The position numbers were made by a program, and so were the translations under genes. From Octopus sinensis (taxonomy: Eukaryota), in contig NC_043020.1 of the NCBI RefSeq assembly GCF_006345805.1, positions 30,070,001 through 30,134,000 of the forward strand: a stretch of 64,000 nucleotides of DNA. Direction: 5' to 3'. Below are positions 60,961 to 64,000 of this stretch, in pieces (within the stretch, counting starts at the first letter, position 1; each line of letters starts with the position of its first letter). The notes under the pieces were generated by a model, which searched no databases, was not told the origin of the DNA, and saw nothing but the letters and a program-made list of their open reading frames with translations.

Positions 60961-61007
60961 CTGACTTATTTGATATCGGACGTTTTAGTGTACATCAATG
61001 TGTGGTG

Positions 61008-61040
<33 letters not shown>

Positions 61041-61046
61041 CATACA

Positions 61047-61078
<32 letters not shown>

Positions 61079-61092
61079 CATATATATACATA

Positions 61093-61297
61093 CGCGCGCC
61101 GGGCGAAATGCTTAGCGGTATTTCGTCTGCCACTACGTTCTTAGTTCAAATTCCGCCGAGGTCGACTTTGCCTTTCATCCTTTCGGAGTCGATAAATTAA
61201 GTACCAGTTACACACTGGAGTCGATGTAATCGACTTAATCCCTTTGTCTGTCCTTGTTTGTCTCCTCTATGTTTAGCCCCTTGTGGGCAATAAAGAA

Positions 61298-61299
<2 letters not shown>
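61093..61299 (+). mobile_element. SINE-A (tail type i), head truncated
   Basis: CGCGCGCCGGGCGAAATGCTTAGCGG..TAGCCCCTTGTGGGCAATAAAGAAATA, then (TA)n. Confidence 0.92.
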
Positions 61300-61328
<29 letters not shown>

Positions 61329-61423
61329 TAAAACGGTAAGATAACAAAAGAAAGAAAGAGACCTCAATATTATGTAAATAGAGGAAATTTATCTATACAA
61401 TTATATGTTACATTACTCGATAG

Positions 61424-63003
61424 CCTTTATTACTATCAAAGATCACAAAGAAAACTTCCTTTCCAACCCTAAATGTAGGCTTATCAACCCAGCCAAGTCA
61501 GAACTTGGAATTATTAGTAAAGAAATTTTAGATAAAATAAATGCGAAAATTAGGCTAGTGCAATGGTCCAATAGTATAGAAGTCGTAGACTGGTTTAAAG
61601 CCATTAAGAATAAGAAAAAAGCGAGGTTTACACAATTCGATATTGTTGATTTTTATGCCTCTATCTCTAAAGAACTGCTAGATAAAGCCCTCGTCTTCGC
61701 TAGCGACTTCATAGAAATTAATACCAATGATAAGGACATAATCTTCCATGCTAGAAAGACATTACTTTTCAGTGAGAACGCAAAGTGGGTAAAAAACATC
61801 GACACAGATGTGAGCATGGGTTCATATGATGGGGCAGGCATCTGTGATCTAATTGGACTTTTTCTCCTAGATACCTTAGGTAAGACATTCCCTAACGTAC
61901 ATTTCGCCATCTACAAAGATGATGCCCTCGCCTTAACAGCTAATACAAATGGACCAGCACAAGATCGTTTTAGGAAGGATATTATCCAGTTAATGAAATA
62001 CTTCGGACTTAGTATAACTATAGATACTAACCTGACGGTTGTCAATTTCTTAGACGTTTCCTTAGATCTTAATAAGAATATTTATAAGCCTTATAGGAAG
62101 CCCAATGATAGACTAAGTTATATTAATGTAGGTTCATGCCATCCCCCTATAGTATTCAAAAATTTAGTTTAAAATATTAGTAAGAGGATTTCTAGCCTCT
62201 CATCTGATGAGGACATCTTCAATAGCGTTGCCCCAGTTTATAATAAGGCTTTAAAAGATAGTGGTTTTAGCGAAAAAATAAAATATACACCCATTACTAG
62301 CCCAGCAGTAAGGAAAAGGAATAATAGAAATAGGAAGGTCATCTGGTTTACGCCCCCTTACTCACCCGAGGTGGCCTTCAATATAGGTAAATATTTCCTA
62401 GCACTGATAGATAGACATTTTCCAGTTAACTATACTTATAGGAAACTCTTCAATAGACACAATTTAAAAATTAGTTTTAGTTCCACTACAAATTTTAAAA
62501 ACATAATCAAACATAACATACAAAAAACACAACAAGAAAACAGCTGTTCATGCAGGAATAAAGAATTGTGCCCGCTAAATGGAGCTTGCATGTCCAAGAC
62601 ATCATATATGAAGCTACCGTAAACTCTATAACCACTAAAGACAACCGTTTCGACGAAGAAATACGTGGGCCTGACAGAGGGTAATTTCAAGGCCAGGTTC
62701 AATAACCACACTTTGAGCTTGAGGCACTGGAACAAAAGAAAAGCGACACAATTATCTAATCATATTTGGTCTTTAAGAGATAAAGGTGTCGATTATAACA
62801 TACATTGGAAGATTTTGGCCAGATGTAAGCCCTATACCAACGGCAGCGGAAGGTGCGGTCTATGCGACATGGAGAGATGGCTTATCTGGAAAAGCAGCTT
62901 AGACCCTACTACATGTCTATACACAAAGACAGAACTTTTCGGATCATGCCCACATGTGACTAAATTTCTGTTACGTTTTTGGTCCCCTAAAGAAAACAGA
63001 TAG
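61424..63003 (+). pseudogene. PLE polyprotein (RT, linker, GIY-YIG); one premature TAA and two compensating frameshifts
   Basis: ITIKDHKENF..CRLINPAKS, FDIVDFY, MGSYDGA, YKDDAL, FLDVSLDL, WFTPPYS, CSCRNKELCPLNGAC, IYEATV..YVGLTEGNFKARFNNH, CGLC, SCPH. TAA at 62170-62172. Confidence 0.95.
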
Positions 63004-63200
63004 AACATGCTTTCTATGTTATGTCCCAAGGAGATTTTATATATTTTATATATTTTTTATATATTTTTTATGTATTTTTATATAATTTTTATGGCGAAAA
63101 ATGCGAGCGATGTATAAGTACGCAGGCAAGCAGAGTTATAACACAGTAATTTCCCTTTGTATAACGGTATTTTTTCATATTTTTTCATAGCGTTTTCAAA

Positions 63201-63270
63201 TAGCCAGATAACCGAAGAGATGTCGTGGATTCCCACTTCGGCATCTGAAACTCAGAGTTTTATCTGACTA
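63201..63270 (+). ncRNA. Type I hammerhead ribozyme candidate in the PLE pLTR (CCGAAGA core)
   Basis: Stem I TAGCCAGATAA/TTATCTGACTA (one mismatch); CCGAAGA; stem II GATGTCG..CGGCATC plus one extra T; GAAA; stem III ACTC-A-GAGT; triplet GUU, with the cut predicted after 63259. Confidence 0.7.
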
Positions 63271-63289
63271 TCGAGTAATGTAACATATA

Positions 63290-63320
<31 letters not shown>

Positions 63321-63473
63321 ATGTATATATATATATATATATTATATATATATATATATACAATTATATGTTACATTACTCGATAGTCAAGATAAAACTT
63401 ATACATATATAAGCAAAAATGCTAGTTTTAAAATCTCTCTCATTGATCAGCGCAGTAGTTGTACTAACAAGTA

Positions 63474-63918
63474 ATATTCGTAGCCACTTCAGCAGACTCT
63501 ACTGCGATTTATTAACCCCAAGAGGACATCTCCTTTAGCTGGTTAACGAGGCAGAGCTGCATCCGATAAACTACGAGCAGGGAAGCGAACCCCTGCCACC
63601 TTCTAGCGACGGGATTAGCAGATCCGTCCTGGTTTCGGGCTATTTCTGTCACTCTTCAGTACTGGATACATCGTCTACTAGAGATGTCAGTAGCTCGCTT
63701 CTGCACGCAATATATTTCAAGCGAACGAAATAGCCCGAAACCAGGACTGCTCTGCTGGTCCCGTTGCTAGGAGGTGGTAAGGGTTCGCTTCCTTGCTCGC
63801 AATTTATTGGATGCAGGTCTGCATCGTTAACCAGCCAGAGGAGATGTCCTCTTGGAGGTTAAAAAATCGCAGTAGAGTCCGTTCTAACGGACAGCCATGT
63901 TGAAGTGGCTACGGATAT
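63474..63918. mobile_element. Foldback/MITE-like element with about 175-bp imperfect inverted arms
   Basis: Arms 63474-63646 and 63727-63918. The 127-bp cores (63520-63646 vs 63727-63853) differ at 16 positions. ATAT lies at both ends. Confidence 0.85.
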
Positions 63919-64000
63919 CATATATCCAAAAGTGGGCCGAGTAGAAGCTGTCCCAGAAAAGACGGGCAGAGTTGGCGAATGCCTGAATCTGTTTCTGCTA

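Larger units (their letters stand above)
61325..63399 (+). mobile_element. 5'-truncated Penelope-like element in (TA)n with inverted pLTR pieces at both ends
   Basis: RT and GIY-YIG at 61424-63003; pLTR with hammerhead to 63291; 61394-61423 is identical to 63357-63386, and both are reverse complements of the pLTR end. Confidence 0.92.

Noticed and set aside
62165-62640. Possible selenocysteine or programmed recoding in the PLE ORF
   Set aside because: The interruption is TAA, not TGA, and the frameshifts are a one-base loss and gain; ordinary decay or read error explains them.

Overview
AT-rich, repeat-saturated eukaryotic non-coding DNA. The SINE families and the microsatellite density resemble a coleoid cephalopod (Octopus-like) genome; this is recognition from memory, not a database result. 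No intact protein-coding gene is visible, and most ORFs in the supplied track are microsatellite artefacts. Mobile elements: a 4.9-kb 5'-truncated Tx1/L1-clade LINE (9995-14930) and a 160-bp copy of its 3' end (53487-53647), both embedded in (ATCT)n; two Penelope-like elements (PLEs) with RT/GIY-YIG remnants; R4/Dong, RTE, CR1 and HERO-like LINE fragments; mariner, hAT and MULE transposase pseudogenes; a head-to-tail Helitron array; three tRNA-derived SINE families. Also present are a divergent full-length U6 snRNA copy, tandem duplications and several hairpin elements. The most interesting signals are: (1) apparent (ATCT)n target specificity of the Tx1 element; (2) a SINE tail that matches the Tx1 3' end, including a small stem-loop, suggesting a SINE/Tx1 partnership, with the same SINE also carrying a second unrelated tail; (3) several PLE-associated minimal hammerhead ribozymes, four well-formed ones sharing a non-canonical CCGANGA (U4C) core; (4) a 70-bp perfectly templated inverted insertion; (5) a candidate first coding exon on the minus strand downstream of an RFX X-box. 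Coordinates were read by eye and may be a few bases off at fuzzy boundaries.
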